The position numbers and the translations under genes were made by a program. The notes beneath the pieces were generated by a model that did not search any database, was not told the origin of the DNA, and was given only the letters and a program-made list of their open reading frames with translations. From Methanocaldococcus jannaschii DSM 2661 (lineage in GTDB: Archaea; AGJL01; Methanococci; Methanococcales; Methanocaldococcaceae), in NCBI RefSeq assembly GCF_000091665.1, contig NC_000909.1, forward strand, positions 996,629 to 1,028,628: 32,000 nucleotides of DNA, in the 5' to 3' direction. This document shows, piece by piece, positions 17,570 through 27,002 of the stretch; position 1 is the first letter of the stretch, and every line of letters begins with the position of its first letter.

Positions 17570-18994
17570 TCATTTCAATAAACTCTCAATCGTCTTAACG
17601 TTAGCCATTCCCTTTCTCTCTGTCTCTTCCCATTCATTTTCTGGGATTGAATCAGCTACAATTCCAGCACCAACTTGAATATATCCCTTATTTTTCGAGA
17701 TTACAAAGGTTCTGATTGTTATAGCCAAATCCATTAAATCATCCCATCCGAAATAGCCAACTCCCCCACCATAAGGTCCTCTCCAAGTTTTTTCAAGCTC
17801 TTCAATAATCTCCATCGCTCTGACCTTTGGTGCTCCACTTAAAGTTCCCGCTGGGAAGGTAGCTTTTACAGCTAAGAATGAATCATAATTGTCTTTTAAC
17901 TCCCCAACAACATTACTTACTATATGCTGAACATGGGAGTATTTCTCAATAATCATGAAATCAGTAACTTCAACAGTTCCAAATTTTGATATTTTTCCAA
18001 TATCATTCCTTGCTAAATCTACAAGCATAACATGCTCTGCCCTCTCTTTCTCATCACTTAACAGCTTTTTCTCTAACTCTTTATCTTCTTCTTCTGTCTT
18101 ACCCCTCCTAATTGTTCCAGCTATAGGTCTTGTTATAACCAGCCTTTTATTATCTTTATAATCTGTCCTTACCAAAATCTCTGGTGATGAACCTATAATC
18201 TTTCTGTCTCCAAAATCTAAGTAATACATGTATGGGGAAGGATTTATCTCTCTAACTTTTTTGTAAATTTTCAAGTGGTCTAAGTTATCTAAATCTATCT
18301 CTATCCTTCTTGATAAAACCACTTGGAAGATATCTCCAGCAAAAATGTATTCCTTAGCTTTTTTAACCGCCTCAATAAATTCCTCTTTGCTCATGTTAGA
18401 TTTTATTTTTAAGTCCTTATTTTCTGTAGTTTTTTCTTCTTTATTGTCATTATTTCCAATTTTTGCATTTTTTATAATTCTTTCAAGTTCTCTAATACCT
18501 TCATCATCCTCTGCTATTAAATTAATTACTTTCTCTTTTAAATCAAATGAAATAAAGTCCTTAACAATAAAGAACTCTGCATCTGGAAATTTTAAATCAT
18601 TTATTGGCTTTGGGTTGATATTTGATAAATCTATCCAGTATCTGATAATATCATAGCTTAAATACCCAACTAAACCCCCCTTAAATCTTGGTATTGGCTC
18701 AATGTTAGATATATCAATGTATTTAAGATATTCATTTCTAACCTCTCTTAAAGCGTCTAAGGGACATTCGTATTTCCCTTCTAAATCTTTAGCTTTATCT
18801 CCAAATTCTGTAAAGCTTTCAACTTTCAGCTTTCCATTTTTAAATATTACTTTTCCTTCAGCTTTTCCTAAGATTGAGTATCTTGCCACCTTTGGAACTC
18901 CTTCAGCTGATTCTAACAAAAATGTATTCTCTCCCCTAATTTGCTCATAAACATCTAATGGACAAACATCCATTTTTATTTTTTTAATTATCAT
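17570..18994 (-). CDS. trpE: Anthranilate synthase component I
   Basis: 474 aa with motifs [23 protein letters not shown] and VGAGIVADS. An AGGTGA SD lies 4 nt upstream. Confidence 0.9.
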
Positions 18995-19002
18995 TAAATC
19001 AC

Positions 19003-20016
19003 CTATTTATCCAAAATTTCTTTTATGGCATACCATTTCTTTACCGATGTAGGCTTAATTATCCCATTAATAACGTCATAAAACAAAATCTCATTTTCAA
19101 TTAAAAATTTTATATATTTCATTTCCTCTTTTTTAACATCTTTTTTATAGTTAATTTTTATTTTATCCTTAAATTTAGAAAGGACTTTATAAATCTCTTC
19201 TTCATTTAAATCGGAAGTATCTATTAAATATTTTATCCCATCCGCTTCAATATTTATCCATCGTTTTATAGTTTCTTCAACTGATAATCCTAATTTTTTA
19301 TTATTTATTAATTGAGAAATCTCATAAGGTAATGATAAATAATTTAGGCAATAATCTATTTCTTTTTTATTAAATCCTTCTTCTTTTAGGATTTTTTTAA
19401 TATCATCTTTTTTTAGCCAGTCTATTAGATAATACTCTGATGCTTCTGATAGAGAAGAGTTTCTATAGACATTATCAATAAATAAAGTATCAGATGTTAA
19501 ACAAATAACATGGCATAGATGTTCCATCTTAGTTAAAGAGACAAATAAATTAAATAGTTCGTTTAATAAAGATTTTCCACTATTGAAGTAAATATTTTTT
19601 AATTTTTGAAGTTCATCTATGACCAAAACAGGCCTTTTTCCATCTTTTATAACTGTATTTATGCTCTCATTTATTTTAGCAAAAACATCATTTAGTTTTA
19701 TGTTGTTAAAATCAAAATTTTCCTCTATACCAAACTTAAAGATTTTCAGATTAATTTCTAACTTATTTAATAGATATTTTTTATCTGATTTTTCAAAAAA
19801 TATACTCAAAAACTCATCTTTTGTGGGGGTCGCATATTTTCTTAGATTGTAGTAGAAAAAGACAATATTACTATTTTCCAATTCTTTAATAACTCTCATC
19901 ATTACGGTAGATTTACCTGATGATTTGGGACCATAAACAAATAATATAGAGTTTGGTTCTAATTGAACATAATTCTTTAGATAGTTAAGTTCTTTCTCCC
20001 TATTATAAAATCTCAT
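19003..20016 (-). CDS. Archaeal-ATPase-family (AAA-like) protein with a C-terminal helical/wHTH-like region
   Basis: N-terminus [15 protein letters not shown]...[23 protein letters not shown] (Walker A) and [10 protein letters not shown] (Walker B-like), the typical layout of the 'Arch_ATPase' family. Confidence 0.75.
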
Positions 20017-20049
20017 ATTATCACCAAAAGGTTAAAAAATTAAAGAAAT

Positions 20050-21615
20050 TTATTCATCCTTCTTAGGCCAAGTTATCAATTGAGGAACTTCTGGAAGCTT
20101 TTTAATCTTCTTCTTTATTATTGGATGCCAGTCATCAAAATTAAATCCATATTGAGCTAAATAACCAACAACCCATCTTGTTATTCCATATCCAGTACAA
20201 CCAGTCCAAACTCTTCTTCCTTTATAATCTTTAATTCTAAAGCCCTCAACGAAGTGTGTTCCATGCACATTCGCTGATGTAACAGCAACTCCCTTCCTCT
20301 CATCTTTTATATGCGGTAACCACAACCTCATCTCATACTTTGGCACGTCTGGGAATTCTATTCCTCTATCCTCCTTTTTTCTACCCTCCAAATAGAATGG
20401 GTCATCTCCAACCTCAACCCAATACTCTAAATCAAGCTTTTCAGCTAATTTTTCAGCATATTTTAATGTTTTGTCTCTTGTTTCTTCAACAAACTCTGGA
20501 CTTCCAATCCAAACACACTCAACCCTCAAGAATTCATTAACTCTGTCTAAACCTCTTGCCCCTCCTCCTTCCCATCTATAAGTCCATCCACTTCTATCAA
20601 AGAACATTATTGGTTTATCAACATCAATAACCTCTCCCTCAAAGAATTGATAGAACGGCTCACACTGAGCTGGGGCTAACACATAACCTGGATCTCTCAA
20701 TAGATTTTTTAATTTTTCAATTGGAATCTCTTTTTTAATCATCATCTCATTTACAAACTCTTTAAAAAGCTCTGGCTCCCTCTTTGGTGGGCATACGTAA
20801 TACATTCCCTCTGGTAAGCCCTCTAAATATCTCATCTTATACATAATCTCCAATGGAATGAGTTTTGGGAATAGGCATTCTTGAAATCCAATCTTTTTAA
20901 CAACTTCTTCAACTATTAACTCCTCTAAAGCTCTAAACAATGCTGTTATTGGTGGAGTATAGAACCACTGTCCTCTTCCTGGGAATTTTTTAACCCATCC
21001 AAGTTTTTCAGCAACATCTGTTGGGTCTTTATCAAATGTTATTTTTCTCTTTGCCTTATATTCACTAACTATTGTTCCAGGTGGAATTTTACAAACTTTG
21101 AATGTTAAATCCTCTTCTTCTTTCTCCAACTCTGTTTTTACGAACTTTATTGCTCTATCTATAATGTTTCTTTTTAATTCACTCTCTCCAATGTCCTTAA
21201 AAGTTAAGATAATTTTGTTTCCTTCAACTTTTGCCTCACACTCTGGAACTTTAATGCCTTCTAATTTTTTAGCTTTATCTTCATCTGTTTCAATTGTTAT
21301 TACATAATTATCTATCTCAATTCCTCTAACTCCAATTCTAAAGTTTCTTCCCAATTTTTCAGCTAACGGCTTTCTCAATCTAATTAATCCTTCATGAGCT
21401 CTTGTGTAAGTTCCAGAGGCAATTTTTAATTTTAAAATGTTTCCTTCAAACTCATAGCTTTTTATTTTTGATGCCTCATTTTCTTTACCCTTTGGAACAC
21501 CTTTTAAGAATATGCTGTCTGCATTTTTTAAAACTTCCTCTACAGCATTTTTTGCCTCCTCACTTAACTCTTTACTAAATATTATCTTCCCATCTAAATC
21601 AAATGTGAGTTTCAT
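20050..21615 (-). CDS. serS: Seryl-tRNA synthetase, methanogen (type 2) form
   Basis: 521 aa with a class II core ([22 protein letters not shown] motif-2-like, [15 protein letters not shown] motif-3-like). It has the long atypical N-terminal domain instead of the bacterial coiled coil. Confidence 0.85.
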   Translation of the reverse strand: MKLTFDLDGKIIFSKELSEEAKNAVEEVLKNADSIFLKGVPKGKENEASKIKSYEFEGNILKLKIASGTYTRAHEGLIRLRKPLAEKLGRNFRIGVRGIEIDNYVITIETDEDKAKKLEGIKVPECEAKVEGNKIILTFKDIGESELKRNIIDRAIKFVKTELEKEEEDLTFKVCKIPPGTIVSEYKAKRKITFDKDPTDVAEKLGWVKKFPGRGQWFYTPPITALFRALEELIVEEVVKKIGFQECLFPKLIPLEIMYKMRYLEGLPEGMYYVCPPKREPELFKEFVNEMMIKKEIPIEKLKNLLRDPGYVLAPAQCEPFYQFFEGEVIDVDKPIMFFDRSGWTYRWEGGGARGLDRVNEFLRVECVWIGSPEFVEETRDKTLKYAEKLAEKLDLEYWVEVGDDPFYLEGRKKEDRGIEFPDVPKYEMRLWLPHIKDERKGVAVTSANVHGTHFVEGFRIKDYKGRRVWTGCTGYGITRWVVGYLAQYGFNFDDWHPIIKKKIKKLPEVPQLITWPKKDE

Positions 21616-21704
21616 TTTATCACCAATAACACTCTTATTGTTTTTATTGAATTGATAATTAGGTATTTATGTTTTTTATTGTGTTTTTAGAAATACAGTT
21701 TAAT

Positions 21705-22409
21705 TTAATATTTCTCATTTTTAGGTTCTTTTAGAATATTTCTTTCAACGATATAAAACATTATCGCACCAAACAAAACAATTGAGAAATATGATATTAA
21801 ACGATATAAAATAAGGACTGCAAAAGCTCCACTATAATCTATATTTTTTAGTTTTAATATATAAATTAATGCATATTCAACGACCCCTAATCCAGAAGGT
21901 GTTAAAGGGATAGCAGTTAATAACGAAGATGCTAAATCAGAAAATACTCCAAATAAGATTTCTAAATTTAGATTTAATGATAGAAATATAAAATAGACAG
22001 TTAGTCCCTCAATAAACCACCCAGTAAATGATAAAGTTATTAATAAAGGAAGGGTATTTAGTTTCACCGCTTTTAAGCCCTTTTCAAAGTTCATCAATAT
22101 TGCCTCTAATTTTTTATTTTTTAAATTTATCTTACTATTAACTATTAAAAAACCAAAAATCAAAATAATCAAGAATAAGATTATAATAACCCCCCATTTT
22201 ATTGAATAAAGAATTTCCTTTGGAATATCTGATTTAAATGATAAATAGGCAGAGATAAATAGAAGAGAAATCATAGCTACTAAATCAAAAACTCTTTCAA
22301 TGAAAACAGTTCCAACTCCTAAAGATATTGATTCATTTGTTTTCTTTTTTAATAGATATCCTCTATAAACATCCCCTAACTTAGCAGGAACTAATGAATT
22401 TATAAACAT
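21705..22409 (-). CDS. UPF0104 / LPG-synthase-TM-like (flippase-like) membrane protein, C-terminal 234 codons in one frame
   Basis: It begins inside the family's conserved INSLVPAKLGDVYRGYLLKK segment, followed by several TM helices. The family N-terminus lies upstream in other frames (next feature). Confidence 0.75.
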   Translation of the reverse strand: MFINSLVPAKLGDVYRGYLLKKKTNESISLGVGTVFIERVFDLVAMISLLFISAYLSFKSDIPKEILYSIKWGVIIILFLIILIFGFLIVNSKINLKNKKLEAILMNFEKGLKAVKLNTLPLLITLSFTGWFIEGLTVYFIFLSLNLNLEILFGVFSDLASSLLTAIPLTPSGLGVVEYALIYILKLKNIDYSGAFAVLILYRLISYFSIVLFGAIMFYIVERNILKEPKNEKY

Positions 22410-22681
22410 TGAAAGATAATATATTAAAAATATATTAAAAATGCATCTTTTAATTCTAAATCAATGTTGGTATTTTTAAAAAGATTTTCCAACGATAACT
22501 TTTAATTAGGATTGAGATATAAAACATTACTACTGCAAAAAATAATAAAAAATGTTTGTTTTTTTAAAATTAACACTAATTTATCTAAATCAATTTTTGA
22601 TAATATGTATAAAATTATGCCCAACGATATAACAAAAGAAACTATTGTTCTTTTATTTAAAATCTGTCCCTCTAAGTCCAT
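22410..22681 (-). pseudogene. Displaced N-terminal ~90 codons of the UPF0104 gene, split over frames at homopolymer runs
   Basis: The ATG at 22681 lies 1 nt after the upstream gene's TAA and gives MDLEGQILNKRTIVSFVISLGIILYILSKIDLDKLVLILKK. The next frame gives KNKHFLLFFAVVMFYISILIKSYRWKIFLK, then NTNIDLELKDAFLIYF, then the frame of the 21705-22409 ORF. Confidence 0.7.
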
Positions 22682-22682
22682 C

Positions 22683-23876
22683 TTATCCCCTCAAAAAATA
22701 TAATATCGTTGGAAATATTAAGACGTTCATCATATTTGATAAATTAGTGTTACTTTTCACTGCTAAAAGCCCTATATAAATTGCAGTTAAATAAACAATA
22801 ATATGATAAATTAAGTAAGTGTTATAGCTTCCAATAATTACTACAAGTGAGCAGAAGATAATAAAAAATAACGATAAAAATTTAAAATTAACTTTTCTAA
22901 TGAAAAGAAGAATATATTTTGATAAATTTAACAAGATAATTATGGCTATTGTAGAAGATATCAAAATAGAAAATATTGCTGTGTTTATATTAATATTGGC
23001 ATTTAGTAATTGTATCGCCCTTGCAACTCCACTTCTTCCAACTCCAATAAAAATAACTGCCAATAGGGAAAAAACCTCATTAGACAAAATAATACTCCCT
23101 TGAGACACTATAAAGTTTTTTAAATCCCTTTCATTTAAAATTTTACTTAAAATATAGTTTAACTGAGCTCCACTTATTCCAGGCAAAAATATTCTAAAAA
23201 ATCCAGCTACAGATGCAAAAAATGATGATTTTAAAAACTTTAATTCAAAATCAGGAAATGCCATCATCTGACTTTTTATTTTGTATGTCTTTAAATTATT
23301 TATAAGCAGTGGAATTCCAAACATCCCAGTAAATATTGCCGTTAAGGTTATATTAAATGCTTCACTGCAATATAAAACTGCAATTCCAAAAATTCCTGAT
23401 AGAAATATAACCAAAACCTCCCAAACTGATTTTGCTGTAAAAATTTGATATAGAATAAAGGCAATTAAAATAAAAGGGATAAATATTTTAATTGAGCAGT
23501 AAAATGCCCTAACATCAAAATGCAAAATTGACATTAAAAATAAACTTATGAGTATTGAAAAAACTACTCCTAAATAACTTCCAAATCCAGCTAATACAAT
23601 AGCTTCATATCCATTTCCATTTAAAGTTAATTTATGCATTGGTAAAGCAGAAACAGCAGTTTCATCATCAGGGACTCCTAAAAAAGCAGAAGGGATAAAA
23701 TTTATAAAGTAGTGAGTAATAACCAAACCAATTAAAAATGGGATATAATTGTCTAATCCAAAATAAGGTAAAATTAAGAATGATAAAGCAACAATATTAT
23801 TTGGATGAATGCCTGGAAATAAACCAGTTATAGTTCCGCAGATTATACCTAAGATTAAATATAGGAGATTTAGCAT
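22683..23876 (-). CDS. Polytopic membrane protein, TctA/DUF112-like
   Basis: 397 aa with at least 10 TM helices. The N-terminal GTITGLFPGIHPNNIVAL resembles the TctA-family G..PG motif. This is motif recognition only. Confidence 0.55.
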   Translation of the reverse strand: MLNLLYLILGIICGTITGLFPGIHPNNIVALSFLILPYFGLDNYIPFLIGLVITHYFINFIPSAFLGVPDDETAVSALPMHKLTLNGNGYEAIVLAGFGSYLGVVFSILISLFLMSILHFDVRAFYCSIKIFIPFILIAFILYQIFTAKSVWEVLVIFLSGIFGIAVLYCSEAFNITLTAIFTGMFGIPLLINNLKTYKIKSQMMAFPDFELKFLKSSFFASVAGFFRIFLPGISGAQLNYILSKILNERDLKNFIVSQGSIILSNEVFSLLAVIFIGVGRSGVARAIQLLNANININTAIFSILISSTIAIIILLNLSKYILLFIRKVNFKFLSLFFIIFCSLVVIIGSYNTYLIYHIIVYLTAIYIGLLAVKSNTNLSNMMNVLIFPTILYFLRG

Positions 23877-24053
23877 TGTTTCACTCTGTTTTAAGTTTTT
23901 TAAAATTAAAAATGAATGTAATAATAAAGTTTAAAGTTAGTGACAGTGTGATTATGATATTCCTTTTTTATTAGTTCTTTACTACACTCTTTAACGACTT
24001 TATAAAAGAATAATCCATATTTATAGTTTAAGTATTCAATATAGTTTAGTACA

Positions 24054-24446
24054 TTATGCTAAAACTACTTCAATTAAAGCAACCCAATCATCTTTAAATA
24101 AAACTCTAAACAAATAAAACCATATAACACTCGTCATAATAAATAGCACTACAGAGAAATAAAGTATCCCTTTCATTGTATCTAAATTGAGTAAATCACA
24201 AAATTTAGCACAGAGATAAGCATATAATGGAAGATAACCTGGCATTCCACCAATCATTGAAGAGCTCTCTAATGGATTCCCTCCATCTCTAATATGCCAA
24301 ATAACACCCATCTGATAATAGTAGTCTCCACCATATATTGGGGACGGTAAAGACTTAAACTCTGAGATTCCATTATATTGTATAAATACTCCAAGAGCAA
24401 TATATAAAACCAATAATAAAATTGGTATCTTATGTTTGATATTCAT
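24054..24446 (-). CDS. Short membrane protein (about 130 aa), possibly a truncated larger gene
   Basis: The start is placed at the second ATG (MNIKHKIPILLLVLY) because ATGGAGGGAAAGATT-ATG puts a GGAGGG SD 7 nt upstream. It has three to four hydrophobic helices and ends abruptly, with open sequence downstream in another frame. Confidence 0.55.
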   Translation of the reverse strand: MNIKHKIPILLLVLYIALGVFIQYNGISEFKSLPSPIYGGDYYYQMGVIWHIRDGGNPLESSSMIGGMPGYLPLYAYLCAKFCDLLNLDTMKGILYFSVVLFIMTSVIWFYLFRVLFKDDWVALIEVVLA

Positions 24447-24474
24447 AATCTTTCCCTCCATGTTCTAAATTATT

Positions 24475-24500
24475 AAATTATAACTATAAATTATAACTAT
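24475..24500. repeat. Perfect 13-bp tandem duplication (aaattataactat x2)
   Basis: 24475-24487 equals 24488-24500 exactly. It lies in the divergent intergenic region between 24446 (-) and 24607 (+). Confidence 0.9.
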
Positions 24501-24606
24501 TCAAGTTTAATATTTAAAATTTAATTAAGGTCTTATCACATCAAATCAAAAACATATCAAAAATTTAATTGGGTATTGCGGATATAAAATCTTGTTGGTG
24601 ATAAAA

Positions 24607-25008
24607 ATGCTATTTAAATATCAAATAAAAACCAACAAAAGAGAGGAATTGGTAGATATAACTCCTTATATAATATCAGCAATCTCCGAATCAAAAGTTA
24701 AAGATGGAATAGCAGTTATCTATGTTCCTCACACAACCGCTGGAATAACTATAAATGAAAATGCAGACCCATCAGTAAAGCATGATATTATAAACTTTCT
24801 CTCTCATCTTATTCCAAAAAATTGGAATTTTACACACTTAGAAGGGAATTCAGATGCACATATAAAAAGCTCTTTAGTTGGCTGTTCTCAGACAATTATT
24901 ATTAAAGATGGAAAGCCATTATTAGGAACTTGGCAGGGAATATTTTTTGCAGAGTTTGATGGGCCGAGAAGGAGAGAGTTTTATGTGAAGATAATAGGTG
25001 ATAAATAA
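24607..25008 (+). CDS. YjbQ/UPF0047-family protein
   Basis: Motifs VDITPYI, IAVIYVPHTTAGITINENADPSV and EGNSDAHIKSSLVG. The start is moved to the ATG at 24607 (GGTGAT SD 5-6 nt upstream). The track start at 24592 is TTG. Confidence 0.8.
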   Translation: MLFKYQIKTNKREELVDITPYIISAISESKVKDGIAVIYVPHTTAGITINENADPSVKHDIINFLSHLIPKNWNFTHLEGNSDAHIKSSLVGCSQTIIIKDGKPLLGTWQGIFFAEFDGPRRREFYVKIIGDK

Positions 25009-25026
25009 TTATTTCATTGTGATATC

Positions 25027-25389
25027 ATGAAAGAATTTATTATAAATAGACTAAAAAAATTTACAATTGAAGATTTAATGAGATGTATTTTAGGATTGCA
25101 AGAGATTGAAATAAGAGTTTATTTTGACCTCTTAGAAAATGGAGAGGGTAGTGTGTTAGAGATAGCTGAGAGAGTTAATAGAGACAGAACTACTGTTCAG
25201 AAAGCTTTAAGAAGTTTGATGAATTGTGGTTTAGTTGATAGAAGAAAAGTGACGGAGAAAGTTGGGTATAAGTATATATATAATGCTGTTGATTTGGATA
25301 GGGTGAGCGATATTATTGAAGAGTTGTTGGATGATTGGTATCAGAATGTTAAAAAATGGCTAACCTATTTTAGAGAAAACAGGAAATGA
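25027..25389 (+). CDS. Small winged-HTH transcriptional regulator (TrmB/MarR-like)
   Basis: 120 aa. LQEIEIRVYFDLLENGEGSVLEIAERVNRDRTTVQKALRSLMNCGLVDRRK matches the TrmB-type HTH pattern. Confidence 0.7.
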   Translation: MKEFIINRLKKFTIEDLMRCILGLQEIEIRVYFDLLENGEGSVLEIAERVNRDRTTVQKALRSLMNCGLVDRRKVTEKVGYKYIYNAVDLDRVSDIIEELLDDWYQNVKKWLTYFRENRK

Positions 25390-25458
25390 GAAAAACTATT
25401 AAAACCTATTTCTGATAAAATACATTAGGTCAGAATTTATGTCCATAGGTGAGAGAGT

Positions 25459-26040
25459 ATGAAAGTTATAGGGATAAGTGGTAGTCCAAGACCTGAAGGA
25501 AATACAACCCTATTAGTTAGAGAGGCTTTAAATGCTATTGCTGAGGAAGGAATTGAAACAGAATTTATCTCATTAGCTGATAAAGAATTAAATCCATGTA
25601 TCGGATGTAATATGTGTAAAGAGGAAGGAAAATGCCCAATAATTGATGATGTTGATGAAATATTGAAGAAGATGAAAGAAGCTGATGGAATTATTCTTGG
25701 TTCGCCAGTTTATTTCGGAGGAGTTTCAGCTCAGTTAAAGATGTTGATGGACAGGTCAAGACCTTTAAGAATAGGATTTCAATTAAGAAATAAAGTTGGT
25801 GGAGCTGTAGCAGTTGGAGCAAGTAGAAATGGTGGGCAAGAAACAACAATTCAACAGATACACAACTTTTTCTTAATCCATTCAATGATAGTTGTTGGTG
25901 ATAACGACCCAACAGCTCATTATGGAGGAACTGGAGTAGGAAAAGCTCCTGGAGATTGTAAAAATGATGACATTGGATTAGAAACAGCAAGAAACTTAGG
26001 TAAAAAGGTAGCTGAAGTTGTTAAATTAATTAAAAAATAA
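25459..26040 (+). CDS. isf: Iron-sulfur flavoprotein (NADPH-dependent FMN reductase fold)
   Basis: MKVIGISGSPRPEGNT flavodoxin-like N-terminus plus a compact cysteine cluster CIGCNMCKEEGKCP typical of methanogen Isf. A GGTGAGAG SD lies upstream. Confidence 0.8.
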   Translation: MKVIGISGSPRPEGNTTLLVREALNAIAEEGIETEFISLADKELNPCIGCNMCKEEGKCPIIDDVDEILKKMKEADGIILGSPVYFGGVSAQLKMLMDRSRPLRIGFQLRNKVGGAVAVGASRNGGQETTIQQIHNFFLIHSMIVVGDNDPTAHYGGTGVGKAPGDCKNDDIGLETARNLGKKVAEVVKLIKK

Positions 26041-26072
26041 AACACTTTTGTGTTATTTGATATTTATTTTTT
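26041..26072 (+). terminator. Hairpin plus T-run after isf
   Basis: AACAC-tttt-GTGTT (26041-26054) is followed by T-rich sequence ending in T6 (26067-26072). Archaeal termination typically uses oligo-T. Confidence 0.4.
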
Positions 26073-26128
26073 ACCTTCTCTTTGTAATTTACAATTTTTA
26101 ATTATAAAAACTAATTTAATGTGATAAT

Positions 26129-26977
26129 ATGATAAATGCTAAAACAAAGGTTATTGGGTTGATTGGACATCCTGTAGAACATTCTTTCTCACCAATTATG
26201 CACAATGCAGCTTTTAAAGATAAAGGATTAAATTATGTTTATGTTGCATTTGATGTGTTGCCAGAAAATTTAAAGTATGTAATAGATGGGGCTAAAGCCC
26301 TTGGAATAGTTGGATTTAATGTAACAATCCCTCATAAAATAGAGATTATGAAGTATTTGGATGAGATAGATAAAGATGCTCAATTAATTGGGGCTGTTAA
26401 TACTATAAAAATAGAGGATGGGAAAGCAATCGGCTATAATACTGATGGTATTGGGGCGAGGATGGCTTTAGAGGAAGAAATTGGAAGAGTTAAAGACAAA
26501 AATATAGTTATTTATGGAGCTGGAGGGGCTGCAAGAGCTGTAGCATTTGAATTAGCAAAAGATAATAACATAATAATAGCCAATAGAACCGTTGAAAAAG
26601 CTGAAGCATTAGCTAAAGAAATAGCAGAAAAATTAAATAAGAAATTTGGTGAAGAAGTTAAATTCAGTGGATTAGATGTGGATTTAGATGGAGTTGATAT
26701 AATAATTAACGCTACTCCAATAGGAATGTATCCGAATATTGATGTTGAACCAATAGTTAAAGCAGAGAAGTTGAGAGAGGATATGGTGGTTATGGATTTA
26801 ATTTATAATCCATTGGAGACGGTTTTATTGAAAGAGGCAAAAAAAGTTAATGCAAAAACAATAAACGGGTTAGGAATGTTGATATATCAGGGAGCAGTTG
26901 CATTTAAAATATGGACTGGTGTAGAACCAAATATAGAAGTTATGAAAAACGCAATAATTGATAAGATAACTAAATAA
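26129..26977 (+). CDS. aroE: Shikimate 5-dehydrogenase
   Basis: VIGLIGHPVEHSFSPIMHNAAF, NVTIPHK, NTDGIG and the Rossmann motif YGAGGAARAV. Confidence 0.92.
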   Translation: MINAKTKVIGLIGHPVEHSFSPIMHNAAFKDKGLNYVYVAFDVLPENLKYVIDGAKALGIVGFNVTIPHKIEIMKYLDEIDKDAQLIGAVNTIKIEDGKAIGYNTDGIGARMALEEEIGRVKDKNIVIYGAGGAARAVAFELAKDNNIIIANRTVEKAEALAKEIAEKLNKKFGEEVKFSGLDVDLDGVDIIINATPIGMYPNIDVEPIVKAEKLREDMVVMDLIYNPLETVLLKEAKKVNAKTINGLGMLIYQGAVAFKIWTGVEPNIEVMKNAIIDKITK

Positions 26978-27002
26978 AAATATTTAATAAATTTAATAGA
27001 GG

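Noticed and set aside
17570-18994. trpE standing alone without trpG/D/C/B/A neighbours, as a sign of a non-tryptophan (e.g. PabB-like) function
   Set aside because: From memory, scattered trp genes are normal in this lineage. The sequence carries ordinary chorismate-utilising motifs, and I cannot separate TrpE from PabB by eye. This is not a supported anomaly.
22512-22703. 63-aa plus-strand ORF in the apparent gap upstream of the UPF0104 ORF
   Set aside because: It is antisense to the frameshifted N-terminal segments of the UPF0104 gene, which carry recognisable family sequence (SYRWKIFLK). The plus-strand product has no features and no SD.
24592-24606. TTG start for the YjbQ-like gene (MLVIK...)
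   Set aside because: The GGTGAT SD lies inside this extension, 5-6 nt before the ATG at 24607, which is therefore the likelier start.
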